From Bacteroidia bacterium (GTDB lineage: Bacteria > Bacteroidota > Bacteroidia > AKYH767-A > OLB10), in contig JBBQED010000004.1 in the NCBI GenBank assembly GCA_038320345.1, forward strand, positions 173,155 to 237,154: a stretch of DNA of 64,000 nucleotides, in the 5' to 3' direction. Below, piece by piece: positions 50,433 through 60,893 of the stretch (position 1 is the stretch's first letter; each line of letters opens with the position of its first letter). Both the position numbers and the translations under genes were made by a program. The notes under the pieces are model-generated. The model was not told where the DNA came from. It made no database searches and saw only the letters and a program-made list of their open reading frames with translations.

Positions 50433-53400
50433 TTAGTCGTGTTCTTCCGATTCAATTCTAATGATCACACGAGTTCCTGCAGAATTTCCATTATCTGACC
50501 AGAGATCTTCCATTTCTATGGAGAAATCCCTTCTCTCCTGCTCTTTCATCAGGTTCAAACGCTCTTGTGTAAGCTTTAAGCCTAACGACTTTTTTAATGC
50601 TGGTTTACTTGCTTTAAGTTCCGCGGACTTTAATCGACCTACCCCATCATCTTCAATGATACAGACTAGAAAATTATCAATTTGCTTAATATGAACCAGC
50701 AACTTACCTTCAGTTTCCTTATGTAACAATCCATGCCATATTGAATTTTCCACATAAGGCTGGAAAATTAGTGGCGGTAACATTACCGAATTAACCTCAA
50801 CGTCCCTATCCACCTTGATTTCTGCTGTAAACTTCCCTCCGAAACGAATCGCTTCCATATCGATATATAGTTTCAAGGCATCCAACTCATGCTGAAGAGT
50901 GATTGATCGCTCATTGGAATTCTCAAGAATCAAGCGGATCAACTTAGCAAATTTAATGAGATACGTTGAAGCAATCGCAGCTTCATTCTTTAAGATAAAT
51001 CCATTAATCGAATTGAGGCAATTAAAAATAAAATGCGGATTCATTTGAGCCCTCAATGCTTGCTGCCGCGCAAATGCCATCTGTGTTTTCAGATCTCCTA
51101 AACGCGCTTCTTTCTCTGTAATTTCTAGTTCTTTCTTTGCATTAATAATTTTAGTACTGGAAATAGACGCAATCGTAGTTAAGAGCCGAAGGTGTTGAGC
51201 AGTATAGAAATGCTTTGATGGATGTTCAGAGTCAATGACTGCAATTACCTTCCCTTCGTAGATAACAGGAACCGCAATTTCAGATAAACGTGTTAGATCA
51301 TCTGAAATATACCGAGGGTCAATTGAAGTATCATTAACTATTTCAGGTCGGCCATTAATCGCAACAAAACCCACGATGCCACTTCCAAATGGAATTTCAA
51401 GAGGATTATAAATATCATTTTCTCCAACTTGCTTGTTCCCTACTGCTGCTTTTTGCACAAGCACTCTTCGTTCTTCGTCAACCACATAAATCACACAATC
51501 AACAAAATTAGAATGTGTCATAATATTATTTGCAATATCCCAGAGGATCTCTTCCACTCTATTTTTACCTTGCATTGAATTAGCAAAATAAGAAATTGCC
51601 TTATCGGCCTCTGCTTTTACTTGTTTCGATTTCCAGATTCGGAAATACCAATAGGAACAGATGAATAAAAGTCCGAGTAGTAAAAGTTTAAACCAAATTG
51701 TCGAATAAAATATTTTAGTCACTGAAATTTTCAAATCCGAACTAGCAGGCAACCATTTCCCATTAGGACCCATTACTCGAACGCTAAATGTATAATCTCC
51801 TCCAGGTAAATTGGAATAATAAGCAGATTGTCGCGAGCCACAGTCGACCCAATTATCATCCACACCTTCTAACTTATAAGAAAAGCGGATATTATGGTTA
51901 TTGAAATAATTTAGGGTCGAAAAATCAATCGAAAAATCACTCCGTTCAAGCTGCAGGACAACAACGTTCTCGGCATTTAAAAAGGGATGAAAAATACTAT
52001 CAGATACAAAGCCTGAAATTGTAACTGGACTAAATTTCGGTTGTATTTTTTTCTTAACGCCATCAAACAGTATAAACCCATTAAATGTTTCAGAAATAAT
52101 TCTGCCATCCTGCAAACGGCAAAAGCGATTTACATAATCTGAAGTGCCCTTCGCATAGTCAATTTCAAAATTATCAGCAACTAGCGATTTTGCATCCAGA
52201 TTTGTAAACTGGTAATAATACGCCATCCAGAGTGTATTATCTTTATCAGTGATGATATGATTATAATTCAAATTAGAAACGTTAGAATCTGAAGAGATCC
52301 TTATTGTAGTTTTTGTTTTCGGATTATATTTCAGTACTCCTTCAAGCATATTGATCAGCCAGAGATTATTTTCCCGATCACTGGTCATACTTAAATACAC
52401 ACCACGAGGCAGATGAAAGGATGAATCCCGCACCAAGTATTCAAAATCATCTTTACTTCTGTTAAAACGGATCAATCCATCATTCTCTGCGCAAAACCAA
52501 ATATCACCGTTCGCACTTTCATGAATATCAAAAATATAATCATCAGAAAAACTATTTGCGATCTTTTGATCGTGAATATAGTGGTGATATTTTCCAGTAT
52601 TCAGATCTAAATAAAACACTCCATTATGATGACTAGTAAACCAGAGTTCGTTTTTAGAAGTCAGCTGCATCATCAGAATATACTTTCCATCAATTCCCAG
52701 TGAATCAGGAAGCCCAACCATTTTATTGAAATGATCGGATTTCACATTATACACATAAAGACCATCCATCGTACCGAAATATAGATTATCGGCACTCGCC
52801 TCCATACTAGAAATCAGAACTCCCTCAGGATTATAATTTTTGTTACGGGGAAGAAAATCATATTTCGTATACTGACCCGTGTTAGGGTTGTATTTAAGTG
52901 CATATTTATAAGAAGGGCATAACCAGAGATTATTCTGCTGATCTCCGTTCAAAAGAAAACTAAAATAATACTTTTTGCTATGGGTATAGATCTCAGGTAA
53001 CTCTACAATCGAAAAAAAATTATTTTTCATATTTATAGCACTAACTCCATTTACAGTAGCAAAATATATGGTGCCATCCTTATCCTGACATCCGTCATAA
53101 AAACTATTAGCAGCTATGGAATAAATATTTGTTGGTTCATTTTTAAATTCTGTGACTTCACCTGAAACCCCATCTTCAAAATAGAGATGGAAATTAATTG
53201 TGGAAATCCATTTATTATTATCCTCATCTATAAAAATGGAAGCTATTGTAAACTGCTCATTTTTTTGCCAAGATCCATAGGATTTTTTTTCCAGAAATTT
53301 GGTTTTAAAATCATACGTATAAATTGCCTGATCTTCGAAATCAGCAAAAACCAAACGGTTATTTCTATCCAGAACTACTGGTGAAATATAATGATCATTA

Positions 53401-54140
53401 AAAAAAGGAAGACTATCCGGGTTGTTTTTTTGGTTATAAAATCTTTTACTTTTCAAATCAAAATAATACAATCCTGCATTCGAACCAAACCAAATTCCAT
53501 TCTTAAAAGGGTCTTCTACAAATGAATTTCTAACAATAAAATCAAAAGGCATTGTACCTGAATCAGCCTTTTCAGCATAATGAATAAATTTATCTTTTAT
53601 AGGATCATAAATGTAAATTCCATTTTTAGATTGGGTAATAATCTCTCCCTTTCTGGTTTTGATAACTTCCAGTGTGGTACCGTATTCCTCTATACCTGAA
53701 ACTGATTGGATCAGTTTATAATTCACGAATTTGTTGGCATACCTATTATAGCGACTAATACCCGCATCAGTAGCACACCAGATGTTACCATTATCTCCTT
53801 CGCAAAGTGCATGGATAATATTACTATTGAGTTTACCGGTTTGTGAAGGCTCTGCTTTCCAGATTTTAAAATGTGAACCATCGAAACAATTCAAACCATT
53901 GTAAGTCCCCATCCACATAAAACCCTGCTGATCTATTAAAATATCATTGATGATTCCATTTGATAGGCCTTGTTCTGTTTTGAGGTGTTTAAAATAAAAC
54001 TGACTTGGTAAAGTTTGAGCTTCGGAGTGTTTTGAGAATAAAAACAAATGGTATAAAATGAAGACCTTAAAAAACAGGATATGCTTTCTTCGTATAGCAT
54101 TGCTTAGATTAAAAGGAATATGCTGTAGCAATTTATACAT
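50433..54140 (-). CDS. Hybrid sensor histidine kinase: periplasmic two-component-regulator beta-propeller repeats plus Y_Y_Y domain, TM, GAF domain, and a LytS/His_kinase (PF06580-type) plus HATPase_c core
   Basis: Repeated ~45-aa Reg_prop-like segments (…DGNIWCATDAGISRYN…, …NGDIWFCAENDGLIRFN…), a Y_Y_Y-like region (…YSNLPGGDYTFSVRV…), a TM helix (LLLLGLLFICSYWYF), a GAF region, then …QMNPHFIFNCLNSINGFI… (the LytS H-box) and …EDDGVG…. Confidence 0.85.
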   Translation of the reverse strand: MYKLLQHIPFNLSNAIRRKHILFFKVFILYHLFLFSKHSEAQTLPSQFYFKHLKTEQGLSNGIINDILIDQQGFMWMGTYNGLNCFDGSHFKIWKAEPSQTGKLNSNIIHALCEGDNGNIWCATDAGISRYNRYANKFVNYKLIQSVSGIEEYGTTLEVIKTRKGEIITQSKNGIYIYDPIKDKFIHYAEKADSGTMPFDFIVRNSFVEDPFKNGIWFGSNAGLYYFDLKSKRFYNQKNNPDSLPFFNDHYISPVVLDRNNRLVFADFEDQAIYTYDFKTKFLEKKSYGSWQKNEQFTIASIFIDEDNNKWISTINFHLYFEDGVSGEVTEFKNEPTNIYSIAANSFYDGCQDKDGTIYFATVNGVSAINMKNNFFSIVELPEIYTHSKKYYFSFLLNGDQQNNLWLCPSYKYALKYNPNTGQYTKYDFLPRNKNYNPEGVLISSMEASADNLYFGTMDGLYVYNVKSDHFNKMVGLPDSLGIDGKYILMMQLTSKNELWFTSHHNGVFYLDLNTGKYHHYIHDQKIANSFSDDYIFDIHESANGDIWFCAENDGLIRFNRSKDDFEYLVRDSSFHLPRGVYLSMTSDRENNLWLINMLEGVLKYNPKTKTTIRISSDSNVSNLNYNHIITDKDNTLWMAYYYQFTNLDAKSLVADNFEIDYAKGTSDYVNRFCRLQDGRIISETFNGFILFDGVKKKIQPKFSPVTISGFVSDSIFHPFLNAENVVVLQLERSDFSIDFSTLNYFNNHNIRFSYKLEGVDDNWVDCGSRQSAYYSNLPGGDYTFSVRVMGPNGKWLPASSDLKISVTKIFYSTIWFKLLLLGLLFICSYWYFRIWKSKQVKAEADKAISYFANSMQGKNRVEEILWDIANNIMTHSNFVDCVIYVVDEERRVLVQKAAVGNKQVGENDIYNPLEIPFGSGIVGFVAINGRPEIVNDTSIDPRYISDDLTRLSEIAVPVIYEGKVIAVIDSEHPSKHFYTAQHLRLLTTIASISSTKIINAKKELEITEKEARLGDLKTQMAFARQQALRAQMNPHFIFNCLNSINGFILKNEAAIASTYLIKFAKLIRLILENSNERSITLQHELDALKLYIDMEAIRFGGKFTAEIKVDRDVEVNSVMLPPLIFQPYVENSIWHGLLHKETEGKLLVHIKQIDNFLVCIIEDDGVGRLKSAELKASKPALKKSLGLKLTQERLNLMKEQERRDFSIEMEDLWSDNGNSAGTRVIIRIESEEHD

Positions 54141-54502
54141 ACATTTTATTTGATGAAAATCCCAAGAGATATTTTAGATAGCAAAACATGAAAGAATTAG
54201 TAATTAAGGGCACTTCTAATGGAAATGCTCAGCACTCATCTTTAGGCAATTCAGACGAACTCTTCCACAAAGATAATCCGAGACTTCAATTCAAGAAACT
54301 GATGTTGCCAGCTAGTCGTTTTTCTGAGTAAATGGTTTAATTGCTGAGAATTTGGTTTAGCAATGGAAGCCTTTAAAAAATAGAGGAGGCAATATTAGAA
54401 TAAGAATCAACTATCCTCCTGAAAATTTTCTCCCTAATCGCCCCAGAATTCCTCGTTGTGGGCTTACAAGAAATGAGCACTCCAATTTCAAAACTCAATT
54501 CT

Positions 54503-54538
54503 CCAAAAAAAATCCCCGCCTGATGATGACAGACGGGG
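54503..54538 (-). terminator. Weak intrinsic terminator for the M23 peptidase gene
   Basis: On the minus strand: ccccgtctgtcatcatcaggcgggg followed by attttttttgg. Confidence 0.4.
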
Positions 54539-54565
54539 AAAGAAAACAGGTTGGGTAAGGTTACT

Positions 54566-56080
54566 CTACTTCATCATAATTTTTTCGTGATATATTCCTG
54601 TTCCCGATTTGAAGCGGACTACATAAATACCTGACGATAACTGCTCATCGATTTGAATATGGTTCTTTCCGGAATTAATTTTCAATTCCTTAGAAACTAC
54701 TATTTGCCCTACAGAATTCATTATTTCTAATTCCGAATTCTCTGCTGTATTTGAAATAAAATCCAGAAAGAATTGACCGCTTGATGGATTTGGAGATAAT
54801 GATAGTGTACTTAAACCACCATTGGTAACTAAACCTTGCGGCTGATTTATATAAAATTGTTTCTGATAAGTATTTCCACCGAATGTAGCTTGCAAAGTCC
54901 ACCATCCCGGAACCCACCAGCTATCCACGACGTATGGCCAGTAAGCATATGATGTAGCTGAGAATAACCATGGACTATTAAAATCCCAAGTGATCGGAAT
55001 TTGCCCTGAAGGATTAATGAGATCAAAATGTGTTAAGGCATTGTTATCAAGATCACGATAATACAATCGAAACACCATCGAATCATTCAGTGTAAACGTA
55101 TCTTTCTCATAGGTAATTTCAGGAGTGGGACAATTATAATATTCCACAATAGAAGAATGTGTAGAGATGTGATTGATGGTAGGCACCATGTAAGGTTGCT
55201 GATTTTGCCACCAAGAATTTGCATTGAATGAATTACATGATCCTTGCCATGGATCTATTAATGCAAGTGTACTATCAAGTACTTGAAAATGCACATGAGG
55301 CCAACTTGAACTACCAGAACTTCCTGCTTTACCGAGCAACTCACCTGCTACAACAGAATCTCCAACCTGCTTTGCAGTAACGGTACCATTTTTAAAATGC
55401 CAGTACCATGCTCTTGAACCATCACTATGTTGAATGATCAATCCATTCCATTGAGAATTTCCTGCATTCACACACATCCTATCAAAGAAACCATCTCTGC
55501 GTGTTAGGATAACACCCGGTGCAGCAGCAACAACTTCCATAATTTCTGCATCCATATTTTTCCATGGATAAGGCCAGAGTATAATATCTGTACCTTGGTG
55601 ATCGCCCCCAGAATAATCATAGGTACGTGACCCACAATTATAATCGAGTAATTGATTTGGATTATTCAGATTATGATCCACCAAAAAATTTACGGTATAA
55701 TAACCATAATCAGTGAAGCCGGCTTTAGCCTGAGTTGGCCAAATAAATGAAGGCGGCTGTGTGGAAGATCTTCTAAGGCTCTCGGGATTTTTTAATCTAA
55801 TAAGGCGAGCATTTGCATCAGCGTCTTCCTGTGCTTCTTTAAACTCTTCGGCAGTAATACAAGGTCCTGCTTCAGGGCCAGATTTCACTAAGACGCCACC
55901 AGAAGGAGCATACCCTTGAGGAGCTTTCAGGTTTTTGATTTCCAACTGCACTGACTCATTTACCTTAGGAGCAACTTGAGCGTTCGCCTGAAATTGCAAA
56001 AAGAAAAATAGCAGAATTGCAAAGTTGCTTTTCAACAATAAAGTAAATAAGCGGTTAAATGTGTGGTAAAATAAATTCAT
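54566..56080 (-). CDS. M23-family metallopeptidase with a T9SS C-terminal sorting domain
   Basis: Signal peptide; M23 signatures (…GGDHQGTDIIL… HxxxD, …SSGSSSWPHVHFQV… HxH); the C-terminus …LSPNPSSGQFFLDF…ELEIMNSVGQIV…GIYVVRFKS… is a Por CTD. Confidence 0.7.
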   Translation of the reverse strand: MNLFYHTFNRLFTLLLKSNFAILLFFFLQFQANAQVAPKVNESVQLEIKNLKAPQGYAPSGGVLVKSGPEAGPCITAEEFKEAQEDADANARLIRLKNPESLRRSSTQPPSFIWPTQAKAGFTDYGYYTVNFLVDHNLNNPNQLLDYNCGSRTYDYSGGDHQGTDIILWPYPWKNMDAEIMEVVAAAPGVILTRRDGFFDRMCVNAGNSQWNGLIIQHSDGSRAWYWHFKNGTVTAKQVGDSVVAGELLGKAGSSGSSSWPHVHFQVLDSTLALIDPWQGSCNSFNANSWWQNQQPYMVPTINHISTHSSIVEYYNCPTPEITYEKDTFTLNDSMVFRLYYRDLDNNALTHFDLINPSGQIPITWDFNSPWLFSATSYAYWPYVVDSWWVPGWWTLQATFGGNTYQKQFYINQPQGLVTNGGLSTLSLSPNPSSGQFFLDFISNTAENSELEIMNSVGQIVVSKELKINSGKNHIQIDEQLSSGIYVVRFKSGTGIYHEKIMMK

Positions 56081-56259
56081 ATTTTAGAGTTAAAGTACTG
56101 ATTATCAATAATAATTATGAAATACATTGGGAATACCTAAAATTGAGGAATTCAAAACTAAGCAACAATACTCAATTTGTAGTAGTCTCTAAATTCTGTT
56201 TGAAGTCTTGATCAGAACTCCATTCGCTCTTACCTCGAGTCTTCCTATCAAAATAAAGT

Positions 56260-56267
56260 TAAATTTG
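56260..56267 (+). promoter_or_regulatory. Candidate -7 box (TAnnTTTG) for the nuo operon
   Basis: taaatttg lies 23 bp upstream of the nuoA ATG. A second copy sits at 56277-56284. Confidence 0.4.
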
Positions 56268-56290
56268 AAGCATAGATAAATTTGACATAA

Positions 56291-56641
56291 ATGGGTGCAA
56301 CTTCCCTGTTGATTCTAACGCTTGCTGCCATCGTATTTTCAGGTGGTGGAATTCTAGTTTCCCGAATTTTCGTAAAAGGAACACCCAATTCTAGAAAAGG
56401 TGAGCCTTATGAATGTGGAATCCCAACTGTTGGTCAAACTTGGCTACAATTTCAAGTAGGTTATTACTTATATGCCTTACTATTTTTAATTTTCGATGTA
56501 GAACTAGTTTTTCTTTATCCCTGGGCAACAGTAGTGAAAGAAATCGGATGGATGGCATTCGTTGATATTATTATTTTCTTCTTTATTCTCTTTCTCGGTT
56601 TCTTGTATGCTCATAAAAAAGGTGCGTTAAAATGGATGTAA
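56291..56641 (+). CDS. nuoA: NADH-quinone oxidoreductase subunit A
   Basis: …[40 protein letters not shown]… is the NuoA/ND3 signature. Confidence 0.9.
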   Translation: MGATSLLILTLAAIVFSGGGILVSRIFVKGTPNSRKGEPYECGIPTVGQTWLQFQVGYYLYALLFLIFDVELVFLYPWATVVKEIGWMAFVDIIIFFFILFLGFLYAHKKGALKWM

Positions 56642-57168
56642 ATCAAACTAAAGAAAATTTTCCTGGAACAGTTCACGAAGTGCCCGGAGGCGGAATAATG
56701 CTTAGTAAATTTGATGATGTAGTAAATTGGGCACGGTCAAATTCCCTATGGCCACTGACATTTGCAACGAGTTGTTGTGGCATTGAATTAATGTCGGTAG
56801 CAGGAGCTAAATATGATTTCTCACGATTCGGTTTCGAAGTTGCACGAGCAACGCCACGTCAAGCTGATGTAATTATTATTGCAGGTACCATTGTGAATAA
56901 GATGGCTCCAGTATTAAGACGCTTATATGATCAAATGGCAGATCCTAAATATGTAATTGCAATGGGATCGTGTGCAATTAGTGGTGGACCTTTCTTCTAC
57001 AACACCTATTCTGTTGTGAAAGGCGCTGATCATGTTATTCCGGTAGATGTTTACATTCCAGGATGCCCGCCTCGTCCGGAAGCATTATTGCATGCCTTAA
57101 TTACTTTACAAGAGAAAATAAAAACTGGAATGACTCGTGATCAAATCAGAGATCAAAAGCCTCAGTAA
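56632..57168 (+). CDS. nuoB: NADH-quinone oxidoreductase subunit B
   Basis: …[15 protein letters not shown]… and …[10 protein letters not shown]…IPGCPPRPE… are the N2 cluster cysteines. Confidence 0.95.
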   Translation: MDVNQTKENFPGTVHEVPGGGIMLSKFDDVVNWARSNSLWPLTFATSCCGIELMSVAGAKYDFSRFGFEVARATPRQADVIIIAGTIVNKMAPVLRRLYDQMADPKYVIAMGSCAISGGPFFYNTYSVVKGADHVIPVDVYIPGCPPRPEALLHALITLQEKIKTGMTRDQIRDQKPQ

Positions 57169-57183
57169 AAGAATTGAAAAAGT

Positions 57184-57639
57184 ATGACTAACGACGATCT
57201 GAAAACAAAGATAGAATCGATACTTCCAGATGCTACTTATGAAGAATCTACAGAGTGGCTAACTTTAAATACAATTCCGGAAGGATTTAAAATTTTTACA
57301 CATACATTAAGAAATGATCCCGCACTACAGTTCGATTTTTTATTTTGTGTAACTGCCATCGATTGGAAAACACATTTCCATATGGTGTATCATTTTAGAT
57401 CAACGACTTTACATCAAACATTAGTGGTAAAAGTACTGCTCGACAAAACAAATCCAACTATTGATACGGTTTGCGATATTTGGAGAACAGCCGAGTTTCA
57501 TGAACGCGAAGCTTATGATTTGATGGGCATCACTTTTAACGGACATCCTGATTTGAGAAGATTATTTCTCGAAGATGAACATACCGGGTTTCCTTTGAGA
57601 AAAGATTATGAGGACGCCATAAATATGATCAAGCTATGA
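57184..57639 (+). CDS. nuoC: NADH-quinone oxidoreductase subunit C
   Basis: …WRTAEFHEREAYDLMGITFNGHPDLRRLFL… is the 30-kDa subunit signature. Confidence 0.9.
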   Translation: MTNDDLKTKIESILPDATYEESTEWLTLNTIPEGFKIFTHTLRNDPALQFDFLFCVTAIDWKTHFHMVYHFRSTTLHQTLVVKVLLDKTNPTIDTVCDIWRTAEFHEREAYDLMGITFNGHPDLRRLFLEDEHTGFPLRKDYEDAINMIKL

Positions 57640-58757
57640 TGATGTCGGAAGAAATTGGGATGAATGAAATGGGCGATATGATTTTAAATATCGGTCCTCA
57701 GCATCCTTCCACACATGGAGTATTGCATCTCATCGCTACTTTAAATGGGGAAACGATAAAAAAAATCGAACCGCATCTCGGATATATTCATCGTTCTATC
57801 GAGAAGATGAGTGAAAGTCTTTCTTACCGTCAGTTTATTTATCTGACCAGTAGAATGGATTATCTTTCCTCACATATCAATAATCATGCTTGTTCACTCT
57901 GTGTAGAAAAAGGATTACAGTTAGAAATTCCTCCTCGTGCACAGGTGATCCGTGTATTGATGGATGAACTCACACGCATTGCTTCGCATCAGTTATGGTG
58001 GGGAGCATTCGCAATGGACTTAGGTGCCTTCACTCCGTTCTTTTATGCTTTCAGAGAACGTGAAATGATCAACGAAATCATGGAAGAGACCTGCGGAGCA
58101 CGATTAACGATGAATTATATTGTGCCCGGTGGTGTAGTTATTGATTTGCATCCCGATTTTCAGAAAAAAGTAAAAGAATTTGTTGCGCTCTTCAAAGTTA
58201 AGATTCATGAATATGATGAATTAGTAACCGGGAATATTATTTTCCAGAGCCGCACAAAAGGTGTTGGTACGCTTTCTAAAGCAGACGCCATCTCCTATGG
58301 TTGTACCGGACCCGTAGGACGAGCGAGTGGATTTTCATGCGATGTTAGGAAACATTTCCCCTATGAAATTTATGAAAAAATTGAGTTCGAAGAAATTCTT
58401 GAAACCGGAGGAGATGCTTACGCGAGATATAAAGTAAGAATTAGAGAAATGATTCAGAGTCTGAGAATCATTGAACAACTGATTGATGAAATTCCAGAAG
58501 GAGAATTTCAAGCTAAAACGAAAGCAGTAATCAAACTGCCGAAAGGAGATTTCTATAGTCGCGTTGAAACCGCCAGAGGGGAATTTGGAGTTTATATTGT
58601 GAGTGAAGGAGGAACAACACCCTATCGTATAAAATACCGTTCACCAGGTTTCTCTAATCTAAGTGCTTTGGATCATATGACGCGTGGAGGCAAAATTGGT
58701 GATCTAATGTCAACGATGGGAACATTAGATTTAGTAATTCCAGATATTGACAGATGA
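57636..58757 (+). CDS. nuoD: NADH-quinone oxidoreductase subunit D
   Basis: …LNIGPQHPSTHGVLHL… and …RIASHQLWWGAFAMDLGA… are 49-kDa subunit signatures. Confidence 0.95.
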   Translation: MMMSEEIGMNEMGDMILNIGPQHPSTHGVLHLIATLNGETIKKIEPHLGYIHRSIEKMSESLSYRQFIYLTSRMDYLSSHINNHACSLCVEKGLQLEIPPRAQVIRVLMDELTRIASHQLWWGAFAMDLGAFTPFFYAFREREMINEIMEETCGARLTMNYIVPGGVVIDLHPDFQKKVKEFVALFKVKIHEYDELVTGNIIFQSRTKGVGTLSKADAISYGCTGPVGRASGFSCDVRKHFPYEIYEKIEFEEILETGGDAYARYKVRIREMIQSLRIIEQLIDEIPEGEFQAKTKAVIKLPKGDFYSRVETARGEFGVYIVSEGGTTPYRIKYRSPGFSNLSALDHMTRGGKIGDLMSTMGTLDLVIPDIDR

Positions 58758-58809
58758 GCGCCTTCAAAAATTTCTGTAGTAAAATATTATACTGTAAAGT
58801 CATACGAAA

Positions 58810-59886
58810 ATGCTGAGTCTTGAAAATTTAGTAATCCTCATTCAAAACTGGCTGCAACAAACTCTAGGAAGTTCTCTTGCGTTTTTTGTTGAATGTATAC
58901 TAGTAGGAATCGCAGCCATCACTTTATTCGCTGTGTTAGGCTTAGCATTGGTATATATGGAGCGGAAAGTAGCGGCTTTAATTCAGATTCGCTTAGGACC
59001 AAATCGTGTTGGTCCGAAAGGAATTTTTCAAACTTCAGCAGATACGCTCAAGCTAGTTATGAAAGAGGGACTCACTCCTGATGGAGCTGATAAATTTCTT
59101 TTCAATCTAGCGCCATTCATAGTGATGATTGCTGCAATGTTAGTATTAGCTCCCATTGCTTTTGCAAAAAACTTTCAGATCTGGGATTTAAATATCGGAG
59201 TGTTATATGTGACTGCAGTTTCTTCAGTTGGAGTTATTGGAATTCTGATGGCAGGGTGGTCGAGTAATAATAAATATTCCCTATTGGGTGCGATGCGGAG
59301 TGCAGCACAGATCGTAAGTTATGAGTTATCAGCTGGACTTTCTATTCTTGCAATCATAGTATTAACGGGGAGTTTAAAGATTAGTGATATTATTATGTCG
59401 CAGGAAAATGGATGGTGGATTTTTAAAGGACATATTCCTGCAGTGATTGCATTCGTCATTTATTTAGTTGCAGTAACTGCTGAAACAAATCGTGCTCCCT
59501 TTGATCTTGCAGAAGCAGAGTCAGAATTAACAGCAGGCTTTCACACAGAGTATTCAGGAATGAAATTCGCACTCTTCTTCCTTGCCGAATACATCAACAT
59601 CTTCATAGGATGTGCCATCGGTGCTATTCTTTTTTTCGGTGGATGGATGCCCTTACATATCGGACACTGGGAAGCATTTAACCACATCATGGATTTCATC
59701 CCTTCGTCTATTTGGTTTCTAGGAAAAACACTCTTTCTCATCTTTGTAATCATGTGGTTCCGGTGGACATTCCCACGACTACGTGTAGATCAGTTGTTGA
59801 ATCTCGAGTGGAAATACCTCTTGCCAATTAGTTTATTCAATCTATTACTCGTCACCTTCATCGCCATCATGGGCTGGTATCTATAA
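58810..59886 (+). CDS. nuoH: NADH-quinone oxidoreductase subunit H
   Basis: …MERKVAALIQIRLGPNRVGPKGIFQTSADTLKLVMKE… and …AETNRAPFDLAEAESEL… are the NuoH/ND1 signatures. It follows nuoD directly, with no nuoEFG. Confidence 0.95.
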   Translation: MLSLENLVILIQNWLQQTLGSSLAFFVECILVGIAAITLFAVLGLALVYMERKVAALIQIRLGPNRVGPKGIFQTSADTLKLVMKEGLTPDGADKFLFNLAPFIVMIAAMLVLAPIAFAKNFQIWDLNIGVLYVTAVSSVGVIGILMAGWSSNNKYSLLGAMRSAAQIVSYELSAGLSILAIIVLTGSLKISDIIMSQENGWWIFKGHIPAVIAFVIYLVAVTAETNRAPFDLAEAESELTAGFHTEYSGMKFALFFLAEYINIFIGCAIGAILFFGGWMPLHIGHWEAFNHIMDFIPSSIWFLGKTLFLIFVIMWFRWTFPRLRVDQLLNLEWKYLLPISLFNLLLVTFIAIMGWYL

Positions 59887-59904
59887 GTTAATCCCAGTGT
59901 AAAA

Positions 59905-60375
59905 ATGTTTCTCACAGAATATATCAAGACAGTTTTCGGAACAGTTCGATCCTTGCTAAAAGGCATGAAGCTTACCGGATATTACTTCACGCATAAAAAG
60001 GAAATCATCACTGAACAGTATCCTGAATTCAGACCTGTTCTCGCTGAACGATTTCGCGGAGAAGTAGTAATGCCTCATAATGCGAGCAATGAGCATCGCT
60101 GTACAGGATGTCAAGCTTGTGAATTAGCTTGTCCCAATGGCACAATAAAAATTGTTACTAAAAATGAAGTGAACGCCGAAGGCAAGAAGAAAAAAGCGAT
60201 CGACACCTTCGTCTATCATCTTGAACTATGCACCATGTGTAACCTCTGTGTTCAAGCATGTCCATCTGATGCAATTATCATGGCGAACACCTTTGAACAT
60301 AGTGTTTACGATCGTCGTTCGCTCACGAAAGTGCTTAATAACCCTGACTCTAAAATTATGGAGGGCGTTGAATAA
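59905..60375 (+). CDS. nuoI: NADH-quinone oxidoreductase subunit I (2x[4Fe-4S] ferredoxin)
   Basis: CTGCQACELACP and CTMCNLCVQACP are the two cluster motifs. Confidence 0.95.
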   Translation: MFLTEYIKTVFGTVRSLLKGMKLTGYYFTHKKEIITEQYPEFRPVLAERFRGEVVMPHNASNEHRCTGCQACELACPNGTIKIVTKNEVNAEGKKKKAIDTFVYHLELCTMCNLCVQACPSDAIIMANTFEHSVYDRRSLTKVLNNPDSKIMEGVE

Positions 60376-60893
60376 TGACTATGAGTACAATCTCTTTCTA
60401 TCTCATTGCTGCTTTTATTCTGATCACAGGATTTCTTACAGTCACTACGCGAAGACTATTTCGTAGTGCAATAGCATTACTATTTTCGCTCATTGGAATT
60501 GCTGCATTATACTTCTGGATGGAAGTTGAATTTGCCGCTGCTGTTCAGATCATCGTTTATGTTGGTGGAATTGTAGTGCTGATCATTTTCTCGATCTTCC
60601 TGACTAATAACGAAGGTGTGAATATGTTGCAAGCCTTAAGTAAGCGATCCTTATTTTCGGGAATCGCAGTACTTTGTGCTGCTGCATTTACCTGCATGTT
60701 AATTGGAAATAATGAATGGTCCGCACGATCGGCTGAAGTTTATGATCCAGCAGTAAAAAAGATAGGATATCTCTTGGTTAGTAATTCACCACAAAGTTAT
60801 GTTCTACCATTTGAATTAGTCAGCATTCTATTACTTGCGGCAATGATTGGATGTATTGTTATTGCAATGAAACCAAATTCAGAAGAACAATGA
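60375..60893 (+). CDS. nuoJ: NADH-quinone oxidoreductase subunit J
   Basis: …FYLIAAFILITGFLTVTTRRLFRSAIALLFSLIGIAALY… is typical of NuoJ/ND6. Confidence 0.9.
   Translation: MTMSTISFYLIAAFILITGFLTVTTRRLFRSAIALLFSLIGIAALYFWMEVEFAAAVQIIVYVGGIVVLIIFSIFLTNNEGVNMLQALSKRSLFSGIAVLCAAAFTCMLIGNNEWSARSAEVYDPAVKKIGYLLVSNSPQSYVLPFELVSILLLAAMIGCIVIAMKPNSEEQ

Noticed and set aside
54188-54331. 47-aa ORF in the kinase/M23 intergenic region
   Set aside because: It has no conservation signal or motifs, so the intergenic region is more likely a promoter/UTR for the kinase operon.
57636-58810. Deletion of nuoEFG as a local rearrangement
   Set aside because: The nuoD-nuoH junction is clean (a 52-bp spacer). 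The 11-gene arrangement is the norm for this phylum, not a lesion.
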